From contig CM074804.1 of assembly GCA_037447605.1 (NCBI GenBank), positions 4,007,909-4,071,908 on the forward strand: a stretch of DNA of 64,000 bases, written 5' to 3'. Of the stretch, positions 24,578-40,200 are shown piece after piece (the stretch's first letter is position 1; the number at the start of each line of letters is the position of its first letter). The notes below the pieces were generated by a model. That model saw only the letters and a list, made by a program, of their open reading frames with translations. It searched no databases and was not told the DNA's origin. A program made the translations under genes and the position numbers. The stretch is from Zygnema circumcarinatum SAG 698-1b (Eukaryota; Plantae; Zygnematophyceae).

Positions 24578-25993
24578 CTCTTTGCGAAACCACGAGTGGC
24601 ACTTCACAGTGGTTGAATGTGGCCACTTGCTACGCCCCTCATTGGCTGTAAAAGAGGACATGTTGGCTTTTGCCACACACAGTCTGATGGGTACAGGGGC
24701 TATGTTCGCGAGACAGGCGAATCTTTAACGAAAGGTTACAAAGCTTGTAACCATAAAAATTACAATTAGTTTTCTCTGGAAGACTTCGGTGGCATGAAAA
24801 AGTCGTCCTTTTCTCGTCTGCTTTGAAGACGAAATTTCCCATTTCTGCTTTCTTGTTGTTGTTTGCTTTCATTGTTCTGACCATCTCCTGGTGGTTCGGG
24901 ATCCATGAGTGTTCGAGATTTACAAAATAACTTCCATTGCAACATGGTTTCAATGCTTACTTAGGAGAAGGAGACCAGCTAAGCTCTACGCAGAATCTCG
25001 AGTTTTCAAGACCTCTGTTGCTTCCTACATTACTTTCTTCACTACCGCAAAACGATTATGTTGTTGTTATGATTGCTTGGGACTCCCGCTTGCAGCTGTC
25101 CTTCGACCGTTATTCATGATCTAAGAAAAATTCCATCACAGAGCCTTTTCTGTGACTTACAATAGACACTTTCATGCTTAAAAGGAGATTAGCAAACCAA
25201 CTATCGATGTACACAAGCTGCTTGAAAGAATTAGAAGAAAAACGGCCTTCATGATGAATTTGATCAAGACCATGATCCCAAGGAGCACCGTAAACGGAAC
25301 TACAGGCAGTTGCTGCTGTTCTTTAGATAACTAGCAAACGATGAACCAAAAAAAAAAAAGACTACACTGCTTCCCTGGTCTAGTTATTTTGTCTAAATCT
25401 CGTTTTTTCGGGGGAATCGGGATGAAGTTGCTGGACTCAATTAATTTCGTAGGTCTCGAACAACCTCAAAGACAACAATAAAAACAAAGAACAGCAACGA
25501 CACAAAACATGGAAGATTCCGTACTCAAGCAAATGTCAAAAAAAGGGATTCGTGCCAGCAAGGTCTGACGTTTGTTTTTTTCCCCCACTGACAACGGGCA
25601 AAAAAAAAAAAAACATCGGCCCACTTTTACAACTCCCCTCTACTGAATGTCACATCCTATCAAAATATCTCACAAAAGCGCCCCTCACGACCTTGAACAA
25701 AGAAAAGAATCTTGGGGCTTTTGAGAACACTACTCCGAGGGAAGGGTCCCTTGACTGTCTGCCTCCAAGTATGGATGGCAGCCCACCTTCAAAAGGAGGC
25801 CTCCACCATGATACCCATCCATAAGAGGCATCCGGTTGAAGGCAGCCCTTGGAGGCATTCTTCCTCCACTCACAATCAAAATCCCGTTATAAAGTGCCAA
25901 TATTTAACAGAAAGGCGCTTCGTTTATGAAGAGTACATAGGAAAGAGACTCGGGCACATAATCCCTGTGCGCAGTTTACCACTTCCGTCCCGT

Positions 25994-28900
25994 TTAATTG
26001 ACAGGCTCCGGCTTCGTCATCCAGCGGATCACACAGCCCCTGCTTTCCAGCACAGCGATAATTTCTCCCGGTATTTTATCCCGTAGATCTATAACTAGCT
26101 TCAGCTTCTTCAGACCCTCACAGCGCAGGAAGGACTGAGCCATCAATACTGGACTTAAGTTATTGCAGTGTACAAGCTTCATGTTTCCCATGCATGCCAA
26201 GGAGGCCATCGCGTCAAGCCCTTGGCTTGTGATTGGACAATACGATAGATTGATCTGCAACCCATCTGGCTCGACATCAATTGACTCGTCCAATCGTAGA
26301 AAAAACGCTTTTCTCTGTGTCTATCTCTCTCTCTCTCTCCGCTCTTTTCTCATATATCGTCTCTCATCCACTTTCATTTCCACTTTTTCTTCTCACTTTG
26401 CTCAACTACCTCTGCTTCTTACTATCTTGAAAGGAGAGAAAGGGATAAAGAAAACATGAGTGGGCGCACCTGTCGAAGATTTGAGCAGCCCTTCGCAAGG
26501 GCGAGCAGGCCCTCATCTCCCACGGCTCCGCAGTGTTTAAGGTCAAGATCGGTAAGGTGGGGCAGCCCCTTGGCAAGGTATGCAAGCCCTCTGCTTGTGA
26601 TACCTCGACAGCCGCGAAGCTCCGCATTGACAATATCTTTGCAACAACCGATTGCGCGGAGCCCTTCATCTGTAACTGCGGTGTAGGAGAGGTTGATTTC
26701 CGTCAGGGACTGGCATCCCTCAAGAAGCGTGGTGAGACCGACATCTCCGACCTGTTCACACCTGCTAATGCCAATACACGTTCATATTATGAAAAATGAC
26801 AGACTGAGACAGGCATGCAACGAAACCAAACCTAAATGGAGCTTTAATGTCGATTACATTTGACAATTGAATTAAAGTCGGCAACTAAGTCAGGGGCGAG
26901 AGTTGCCATGACCGTACCGATAGAGGTCCAAATATCGTAATGCTTTGCAACAGGCCTTTAAATGAGAGATTCCGGTGTCCGTGACACCTACAGCAAACCC
27001 CAACTTCAGCGTGCGCAAGTCCTGGAACTGCGCAATCGCTTCCACATCTGCAGGCCCGTGGAAATTGTCAAACCCTGGAAATTTAAAAAATCACTTGGAC
27101 GTGAACGTTAGCAGACATGGGAAGCTGTATGATGGAAGATGTGCATGCCAAGAGAGCAGAGAATCTTGCCTCCATCATCAATAGCGCAGTCGGTGCAGTC
27201 CAAGGTTTGCAGATTTGAGCAGGCAGCAGCCACCAATGCCAGCCCATGCGAAGTAATGCCTTGGCAGTTCTCCAATAACAACGTTTTCAAAGACCTTCTC
27301 TAGCGATTACAGTGGCACCCAACACACCCTTTTGCCGGCTCAACCACCGCAAATACAGTACGCCTAGATTGTATGTAGGATAAGCAGCTACTACTATTAA
27401 GAGAACAATGATGAGAAAACGGGGGAAAGATCATGGTGATGACTGACATAAAAAAAAGCAAAACCCTGTTAGCGAGAAAGAAATACCTGCAATTCTCTGC
27501 GACTACTTCAAGAGTTTTATCGGATATGTCCTGGCAGCATGTGAGGTCCAGATACAGGAGACCTGTGCAGCCAGCTACCATTGCAGTCACCCCTGTGTCG
27601 AGAACAGGGCACCGTTTCAGGCAGACCTCTTGCAGCGCTTTGCTGGCCAGACATGCCCCAGTGAGCCCTGCGTTTGTGATGCAGCAGCGCTCCAACTTGA
27701 GAACATGAAGGAAGGGAAGTTTGGGAAGACACGAAAGTACACTGTCTGCAAGCTGCAACGAAAGAAACGGGGTGCCCATTGAAGCTAAATGTGAGAAAAC
27801 AGAGACGGGGACAGGAGTTGGGAGCCACACGGAGATTGTTTTCTTGAAGATGATGGATGAGATGCGTCCCTCAGTTGCATAGCAATAACAACAAGGAAAG
27901 AAGGTGTGACCTTAATTAGCATGACGGAATCCAGAACACTTGTTTTAAACATCCTTTTGGTTCATTCACGACCCACAAAGTTTTCCCTTCTGGCCGTGAA
28001 CGGTTCTGGAAAGCCAGCCCATTTCTCATACGCCTATGATGTTGGGTGTTGAGATAATTCCCAAACACCTCACAAGCTAGGATACAAAAATGCAGCACTC
28101 ATTTCAACAAAGATTGAATCGCTACAATTTATCGCCTCAAATTTGTTATGACATTACCTAACAATCGACAAGTAAGACAGGCAGGCATTCGGGTGTCGAT
28201 TTTTTTTGGAGTTTTTACTGTTCCAAATTACAAGCAATGGCAAAATGGTTCAGCTAACCTGGTGACAATGTGAGAGCGTCAGCTGCTCCAGCTGGGTTAA
28301 CCTGCTTGTCAACTTTACAATGCCCAATTCAGTGATATACTGGCATCCGGTGAGGTCTAAAGCCTGGTCCACACCCAGTGAACAGCTTTCATCAAAACCC
28401 TCCTTCACGGCACGCTAAGTAGAAGGTCGAGGTGTTCCTTTAAAGAATCACAGGATCGAAAAAATTAAGACTTAGAAAAAGGCGGGTAAAACATTCCTCT
28501 GTTGAACAATGCATAGGGTCTGGAGGATGGCTGGGACTTGTCTTTAAGCCGGTGACAGCATAACCTATTTAAGGAGTTTCCTTACTGCACAATTACCTTC
28601 CAGAGATGTCAAAATATGCACTCCCTCGACTATTCAGGAGCAAAGACGGGAGACCATTCTATTTGGGAAATAAGATGAGCCGACAAGGACCATCTACGAG
28701 TGATTGAGTTGACCTTGCTTTCGATTTTTTAACATGTGTACAAGCGAGCAGGAAGAACTCTTTGAAAGAACAACAGGTTGTGCTTTTCTCCTGGATATCC
28801 TATTTCACATTACCTTTGAATCTATCGGAGGCGCCCAAAAGCAATTACACAAATCAAACCCTCCACTACCATTGTCGAAAGGAAGACCACAAACATCTGG

Positions 28901-30316
28901 ATTGGGAAACATGCCTTCAGAGAAGAGCTCCCTCCTTCCAATGCTGCAAGTGCAGAATCGTCCAAAAGATTGCATTGAGCAAGGTTGAGATGGCTCAGGG
29001 ATGGCAGACAAGCTACTGTTCGCAATCCGCTGCTTGTGACCTGCATAACAAAATGTCATTATTAAGACTATGTATGACTTGCATTGTGAATAACAAACAT
29101 TTTACATTCGAACCTTGATAAGAGGCAGTATTCTGCAACCAGAGATTAGCCAGAAAGGAAGGACACTTATCAAGGGAAGTGACAGCATTCAAACTTGGTT
29201 TTACCCGAAGGCTGGACATTCAGAATGGAAATAAGGAATGGCATAGACTCAACATACTCTTGTGTCAGCGAGATCGAGAGTACACAGGCGAGTGCAATTT
29301 CCCACTAAAAGTGCAATACCGATATCCGTTATGCCAACACACCACTTCAAGTTGAGATTCACGAGATTTTTGCATCTTGCAGCAATGCAGCTGAGTCCAA
29401 TATCCGTAATATCACGACATTTGGACAGCTTCAGCACCTGCACGAAATCGTCTCACACATGAAATCCATTTTAAGTCGTCATTAGCAGCCGGTACTTAAG
29501 AAGACTCATGAACACTGAAATCAACGCGAAAACCAAAGAGCACTTGAGGTCCGATACAGCACAGAATAGAGCGTTTATCGGCTACAAACTTCAATGAAAC
29601 ACAATCTGTCAACCAGAAACAAAGCTACTTGCAATACCTGCTGACAAGTCCTGACGACGATCAATCGCAATGCCATTCTATACAAGACGTCACCAAGCGC
29701 CACCATCTAATCAGGCGGAACTGCTGGCAACTAGAAGAGTGTGACAAAAAGGCACAAATAAGTGACATAAAAAACAGCAGATTAAAGAACGACACATTCT
29801 ATCGAGAGGAGTAACTCGCAACACACTTCAGTTAGTTTGTGGACCGGAAAACAAACCGGAATAAAAAAAAAAGTTGTTGCGATTGCAGCATCGTCCCCCA
29901 TGGAGTTCACAAAAACGATCATTTCTTCAGTGGTGCGTTCAAGACACTCCGAATCTACTCTGCATCTGCTCATGCATGGGAACCCAAACACGATTCACGC
30001 TTTTGGGAAGAAAGCTGAAATTCACCTGGAGATTTCGACATTGGGCTACAGCCATCAGGGCAGCATCCGGCAGAGGAACTCGAGCCAAGCTCAAACTCTT
30101 CAATGCAGAGCAAAGCTCTCCCATCACCTGTAAACTATCGGCGGTAATCCTCTTATTGTTTGAAAGATCCAACTTCTGTAACTGAGGCCCATACTTTCTC
30201 ACAACAGATCGCACATCCAAATCTGTCACCTGCGTATGAGGAAAAGACTTGGTGTAGAGTTGGTGCCTGTGTATGTGCGCGCGTGCATGTGTTTGGAAGA
30301 GTGTGTGTAAGAACTC

Positions 30317-30349
<33 letters not shown>

Positions 30350-30827
30350 TGAGAGAAAGAGGAAAGGGGAGGTTGCGAGAGAGGAAGGGAGGGACAGGGA
30401 GTGGAAGTGTGAGTTGGAGAGGGGAAGAGACAGGGCCGAGGGGGAGAGAGAGAGAGCGAAAGAGAAAGAGAGTGACAGTGCAAGAGGAGAGCTGGGAAGG
30501 GGGAAGGGTGCAGGGGAAGTGGGAGAGGGACTGGGGAAAGGGGGGGAGGTGAGAGAGGGAGAAAGAGAGAGAAACCTGCACGCAAGCCGAGCAGTCGAGA
30601 GCAGTGAGGTTGGGGTAGCGCAGCAGCATGCTCAGAATGACTGGTGCCCTCAGTACGCGGATGGTGGAGCACGCGGCGCTGAGCAGACGCAGCCATCGCC
30701 TGCAGACCAGACTGCAGCGCTGGCGCTCCACGGGATGCTGCACCCTGTTTAGGATGTTGATCAGGAGGTCGTCGCTCAGGAGGAGGTTCATCACATCTCT
30801 GCCTGCCATCTTCAGCGCCTCCAGCAT
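25994..30827 (-). CDS. F-box/LRR-repeat protein (plant FBL3-like), 10 exons, about 646 aa. Exons: 30576-30827, 30026-30229, 29258-29437, 28915-29040, 28259-28363, 27487-27752, 27170-27294, 26918-27047, 26470-26761, 25994-26254
   Basis: F-box LSDDLLINILNRV...CSLVCRRWL, followed by cysteine-containing LRRs (LKLSKCRDITDIGL, LNLKWCVGITDIGI, LDLTCCQDISD, LDLYRC, INLSYCPIT) and the C-terminus LESRGCVIRW typical of this family. Two GC-AG introns are required. The start codon could be a slightly downstream ATG. Confidence 0.9.
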
Positions 30828-31289
30828 CTGCTGTTGAAGCTGAGCAGGCGGAAGGAATTTCGGTCAATACAGCTGAAGCCACCTTGTATTCGATCGCCTT
30901 AGGTTTTGCAGTCTCAATCTGGCTGCAAGCTTGCCGCAGAATCGTAATCTGACCAGAGCTTGAGTTTGGTTTGGGTTCAGATGCTTGCAGGGTGTCTGAA
31001 TTTAAGTTGTAATTAAGCAAATCTTAAACTGAATCCTGGAAGGGCAACGAGGGTGTTTCAGCTGCACGCAGCGTACAGTATGTGGCAGGTCCGGAAAATG
31101 TCTAGCTCGTCAAAATGCAACTCCCACATTATCGGAAACATATGTTAAGAATTCTCGCCACAATAAAGGAGCGGTATTTGCAACTGAGGCTGAGTCCAAA
31201 GGCCATATTTCATCTTCAATAACTCAGGAAGTTGAACAAACAAAATCAATGTAATTAGGAGTCGCGCTTTCGAAAAGAACTACGTCAGT

Positions 31290-32480
31290 ACACCATCCAA
31301 CCGCTGAAAGTAGCCCACATGTTGCCCTGGCCCGTCCGTCCCTGCACGGCCTCCCCTCCCCTTCCACCCCCCCCCCCCACAGCCCTGGCCGCCATGGCCG
31401 CAGGCGCTGCCCTGCCCGGTGGTTGCCACAGCCCCGTTCCGTACGCCTGCCCGAGCAGGAGCCCTAGAGGGAGGGCCAAGCGGGGCGGGCCCGGGCAGGG
31501 ACCGACCCAGATAGTCCGTACAGTGCGTCGCCCGGATGTGCGCTGGAGTCGCCACGTAGGAAAATTTGGAAGATCGTGGCCGTCCAAACGGAAGGGATCT
31601 GGGATCGATCTCGCGATGGCGACGCCCTCGTACGGACCGACCGCGGAACGCGTGGAGCCACGACCGCGACGGAGGCGCCCCGGCGACCGTACGGCAGGGG
31701 AAGCTGCCGTGAAGGTCACGCGTGCAGCCGTATCGTACGACAGAGTACAACCGAAGGCAGCCCGCGGTAAGGACAGACGGCTGCCCATGGTCAAAGCAAG
31801 ATAATTTGTCGCCTGCGTGACGACCGTACGGTCATACGGTCGTACGGCCTGGGCCGACCCGGGGGCGCTCGACGAGGGCGGGCCGGCGGGACACGCGGCC
31901 CTGCACCACCATTGGCTGAAATATGCTGACGTGGACACAGCAGCAGTCCTCGTGTCCGCCACGTGGCGGACGCGTGCGTGCACGCGCCGGCGCGTGGGCG
32001 CGTGGCGGCCTCCACGCAGGCGATTGGCGGAGCGCCCGCCCGCGGGCCCGCGCCGGAGCCAGGGCCAGGGTCAGGGGGCGCCGCTGCTGCGGCTTCTGCT
32101 GCCGCTGGTGCCGGTGCCGGTGCCGGTGCTGGTGCCGGTGCCGCCAAGAGGGCGACCGGCCGCGGCCTGCAAAGCGCAGGGCGCCCTCGTGGTTAGAGGC
32201 CCTCTCGGCAGGCACGGACGGACGGACGGGTTCCGGCCCTTCCCTGCCCTTCCCGGGCAGCCTGAGTGAGACCTTGGATGGCGAGGGACATGGGTTGGGT
32301 GGTGAGGCCTGCGGTGAGATGGAAGAGTCGGCGAGGCACGCGCTACGATCATGCAAACATGTGCATGTATGTGCATGCACGCAATGCACGCATGTGCATG
32401 CACGCGCGAGCGACACATACTGATGGATGGCGCATGGGCGGGATGGCGAGCGCGAGCGCACTTCCCCGTCCCAAAGTGCG
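31290..32480. promoter_or_regulatory. GC/CpG-rich island upstream of the F-box gene with GTAC sites, a G-box palindrome, CGCGTG and RY-like repeats
   Basis: Visibly GC-rich relative to its flanks; 9 GTAC sites between 31288 and 31845; perfect 18-bp palindrome GTCCGCCACGTGGCGGAC at 31954-31971; CATGCA-rich tract at about 32348-32408. Confidence 0.5.
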
Positions 32481-33057
32481 CCTGCTGCATTCAGAGAGTC
32501 CCGTGTCCTTCACCACCCTGCAAGATCGCTTGGCTGTGGGCACAACAAGCTCCGTGACGATTGCCAACGGACGGTCCGCAAGCTCATAACAGTAGGCACA
32601 AGAAGGAGTGTCCGGCAACAAACTGACAGGACCACCACCCAATTGGAAGGTAGTTGGTATTATTGAGAAAAAACACGGGGGAGAATTGAAACCCGAATAC
32701 AGAATGTGGCCACAACCGCACCATTTTTCGGCCACGGCCAACGCTACTTTGCCCCCTCGAGCGGAGATAGCCTAGTTACAGTGAAAGCGCCTCCACAAAA
32801 ACCCCTGCTTTCCTTCTTTCTGATGACAAAAATGAACATGACCTTGGCAAGGTCATAGAGACCCCATCTCTAGCCTTTGTTTTCTACAAAACTTCAAACG
32901 GGCCCGTTCAGAGTGGGACAAAATGACCTCGCTCTGCCTTCCCAAGGGCGGGCTTTCCACGAGATTCTCCATGCTCGCTCGCTCGCTCGCTCCCCCACCT
33001 TCCTCCTCTCTCTCTCTCTCTCTGTGATGTCTGGTCAAAAATAGCGCAGGGTTGAAA

Positions 33058-36396
<3,339 letters not shown>

Positions 36397-36585
36397 TCAG
36401 AGAGTGCAAGGGCGAGGTGGGAGGAGGATGCCACGCGTCCAGTTGCAGAGGAGGGCGAGGGCTGCTGGGGGAAGGGGGAGAGAGAGGAAAGAGGCGAGAG
36501 CACTGAAACACGGAGGCACACTCGGCTCCTCGTGGTTTCGAAATTCCTCCTGCGAAAACTAATCTGAAACGGACATCCTAATTTC

Positions 36586-36749
36586 GTACAGCGATAGGGT
36601 CCGAGTTTTGTCGTCATCCTCATGAACCGTACAATAAAGTACATTCGTTTGTACGGTCAGCCTATTACCGTACACATGTACGGCTATTCCTGGCCCTTAG
36701 AGATTGTACGATACGTGTACGGAGGTCCATAGTCTGTACGATACTGTAC
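36586..36749. promoter_or_regulatory. Cluster of 10 GTAC cores (SBP-box/CuRE-type) in the RUVBL2 / PhoD-like head-to-head promoter
   Basis: GTAC at 36586, 36629, 36639, 36651, 36670, 36678, 36706, 36717, 36736 and 36746, mostly as CGTAC or GTACG. Confidence 0.6.
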
Positions 36750-37207
36750 GGCTAATACGGTCGAGCCCCCCCGGCCCCCCTGGCCGCGAGCGAGCAAGCG
36801 AGGTCCAAGGGCGGGGCCATGGCAGAAAGTGGCCAAGCGGGAGGACAGGGGATGGAGGGGGAGGGGGCGCAGAAGGCGGGGAGGGGTCTGGGAGCGGGGG
36901 AGAGAGGGGGAGGATGAGAAGAAGTGGAGGATGAGGAGAGGGCTGGGGCATGGCATGACATGGCATGGCATGGCTGGGCGCTGAGGGCCATGTGGCACTG
37001 GCACTGACCTGCACTTGAACTGCACATGCCGGAGCAGAATGGGGTTTGAAGATGTTATTCGGGTTTTGATCTAAGCGAGAGAAGAGGCGGAATAATTTGG
37101 AAAACTGGAAAGCGGCGTTACATTCTTTGGAGGCATTTTTCGGTTTTGAAAGTTTGATATTACTGAACAATTTTGGCTTTTTTTGGCGATTTCTTCGACG
37201 TTCAGAC

Positions 37208-40200
37208 ATGGCGGCCAGCAGCGGATTCGCCATGGGAAGTCACTTTGAGTATGGGCTGGCGGCAGAGGCCACTCGGCGACGGAAAAAGCGGAAGCTGAAT
37301 GTAAGCAACTGAATGCAGCTCTGGAGTTTTTTTTTTTGTTTTGTTTTTAATTTACTGTGGGTTAGGTTTATTCCTGAATGCAGGTTTGACCTCTGATCCG
37401 GATCTGTTAATTATGCTGAATCAACAGAACTAAGTTCTTTTTTTTTGTTTTTATTGTGCAAATGTTATGCAAGAACAGATCCAGATTCCTCCACTTTATG
37501 GGCGGAGATTTTGTCGGAAATTCATTTCTTTTTTGCAGTCGTTTTTTATCTCCACATTTAAATATTGAAACTCTGGCTGTAGGAGGTCTCACACCTCTAG
37601 TTTTACTGTACTTGAGCAAATGAAATTCAAATATTCCAACTTGCAATACGACAAGTTTGACGCCTACTTTGTATCAGCTTCTCAAACCCAAAAAAAATCA
37701 AATTGACTTGACGAAGTTGAGTCAATGTCATTTTTCTGGTTCCAGATTTTTTGGCGAACTGTGCGAATCGCATTCGCTGTGACATTGATTGGTTCGGTCG
37801 GTACGACGTTGTTTGTGAGCTCAAGGATGCCTGAGCTGGACGGGCTCGCTCACAGCCTGCGTTCCATGGTGGGGCGTCACCGCTTTGTTTCACGGATTGC
37901 GTTTGGTTCCGGATCGTCAATGCAGTATTCTCCGCAGCCGGTGTGGACCCAAGCGGTGATTCCGAGCAGCCCGGACGCATGGATCTGGTGGGTGGGCTGG
38001 TCTTACTTCTCTATGGTTTGCAGAGAGGGAGAGAGAAGGGGAGAGTGTATAGAGACGGCGGATAGAGAGGGGGGAATGCTGATGCACAGAGAGATGTAAT
38101 GAGAGAGAGGGTATTAATTTGTATTTTGTGAACGATTGATCTGACAACTGCGCGCATTCATCCTTTAGACCATTGTGTCTTCGGTTCCCTTTGTATGTGT
38201 TGATGCACCCTCTTCTTCCCTTGCACTCCTTTTATGGCCACGCACCCTCTTTCTGGTCACACAACTCTTTCTACTATTTCACCATTCACGAGATCGAAAG
38301 GGCTTTCACAGTTACTTGCACTTTTTTGGAAAATGTTCAACCTTTCATTCATTCACCTCCTCAGTTTTGAATGAATTCTGCCTCTTCATGTTGTCTTTGG
38401 CACTCGCGGGCATAGACCCCTGTGAATTCTTTCATTAAATAATTAACATAACCAATTGCATATTGACTTTGATGGTGTTCAGGGTTGGTGATATGGCTTA
38501 CTTGGATGTACCTTCTGTTAACTGTGCTGAGAATAAGAGGCATCCCGAATGTCGGTGCCAGGTTGACTGGCTCCATGAAAAGTCGTGCATGGCAGGTGAG
38601 AACAATCTCACACGAGAACCAAGTTCTATCCTTATAGATTGGTCCTATTCGGAACTTCTGCATTTAATCGATCAGGCAACAAACTGAACGGTATTTAGTG
38701 TTACGACTATTTGTTTGTCGATTTGAGTTCTGAATGATTCTTGGTTCTTAAAATCTCTGGTAAACTGCTTCAAACCTCTGGTAAACTGCTGCTGCTGCTG
38801 CTTTTAAGTCTGGTTGTGATATGCTCTTTCTTTCTCGTCGACTCGAAGGATAGGGGAGTCATTAGTGGCATTGTGCAGGAAATGTGAGTCATGCACAAGC
38901 CCGAGCGCAGCTGCAGATCTCCAATCCTGACTATAGCAAGGCAAGTTTTTTCTCCTTGCTTAGTGTACTTTAAAGTTTTCAAACTCAGGCTGGACAGAAC
39001 ACCTGTCCAGCCAGTACCGCATTCGCTGTTCTAATGGGCACTCTTAAGTAATGCCTCTAATGAAGAGATGCGAGACAAGAAATCGCTTCCTTCCTTTTGA
39101 TCAGCTTGCTGAATCGTTGTCGTCGTGACATATATAGGACCGTGCTTTGAAACCGATCAGCTTCTGTCATGTGCCTGTCTGTGCCTTTGACCCCGTTGAG
39201 TAGAGACTTGTGTGCACCATGCATGCAGTTCCTAGAGTTCATGTGTCCCGGACATCGAGAAAAGCAGATGTATCCTCCGCGAGGGCCCGATCCTTCCTCA
39301 TGTCCGCGCATGATTTTGGGCACTTATGATGACCATGACTATGGCTGGTGAGCGTCGCTCACCCCCCTTCTCCCCTCCCTCCCATCTCCCCCCGCCCCCT
39401 TCCTTCTCCTTACCACTCTAAGCTATCCACAAACTGGGTTAGTCCTAGGAATCATGATGCTGCAGAGTTTTAGGTTCGTTTTCTGGTTTTTCTTTGTGTG
39501 AATAGGAGGGATCAATAATGGTCAAGTATTAGTTTATCTGAAGGGGGAGGCAGTTTTGCAATTACGTTCAACAACGAGGAGGCCGCTCTCTGTTCCTGAG
39601 ATGAATTTACAAAACACTAGACTAGACCAACTGGAAAACCCAGAAACCCAGGGGCAGTTTGTGTGGGGGGGGTGGGGGATAAGGGTCTCCCTTTATATTA
39701 CAAAGCTTGATTCTGTTGCCCCGTCTCTTAAGATTCTTGGGGTTCATCAAGGTTGCTGCCTTTTGTTCTGTCCAAATAGAGATTGGGCTGAGGGTTCGGA
39801 AGTACTTTCTGGCAGGCAGCGTGGAAATCGACGGCTCCCGGAGAAGGACATTCTGAAGGGAGTGTATCTGGACGCTATCGGGGAGCCGGAGACAAGCCCT
39901 CGGAGAAAACCACATCGAGGAATAGAGCATGTAGTAAGTATCAACACACTAGAAATTGAGTTCAGGTGTTGAGAAGCACCACAGTTCATTTACTGGTCGT
40001 TTTTAATCCCATTAGTCAACAAGATAAGCTCCATGATGTGCGGAGATACTGCCATCATCTTGCGGACAAATGCTTCTTGCATGGTCTGCAAACATTTTCG
40101 TTTTGTTGGGCAGGTTTGTCAATTTGTTTACATGTTGTGGGCATGAGCTGCAGTATACGCTGAACACAGGGCACAAAGGAAAAGAAATTGATGTAATACT

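Noticed and set aside
26918-27047. Suspected frameshift in the F-box gene
   Set aside because: Re-reading gives an intact frame (GISHLKACCKALRYLDLYR).
32838-32856. Perfect 8-bp hairpin ATGACCTT-GGC-AAGGTCAT near a TGATGA
   Set aside because: An isolated short stem downstream of the RUVBL2 stop with no supporting D box or larger structure.
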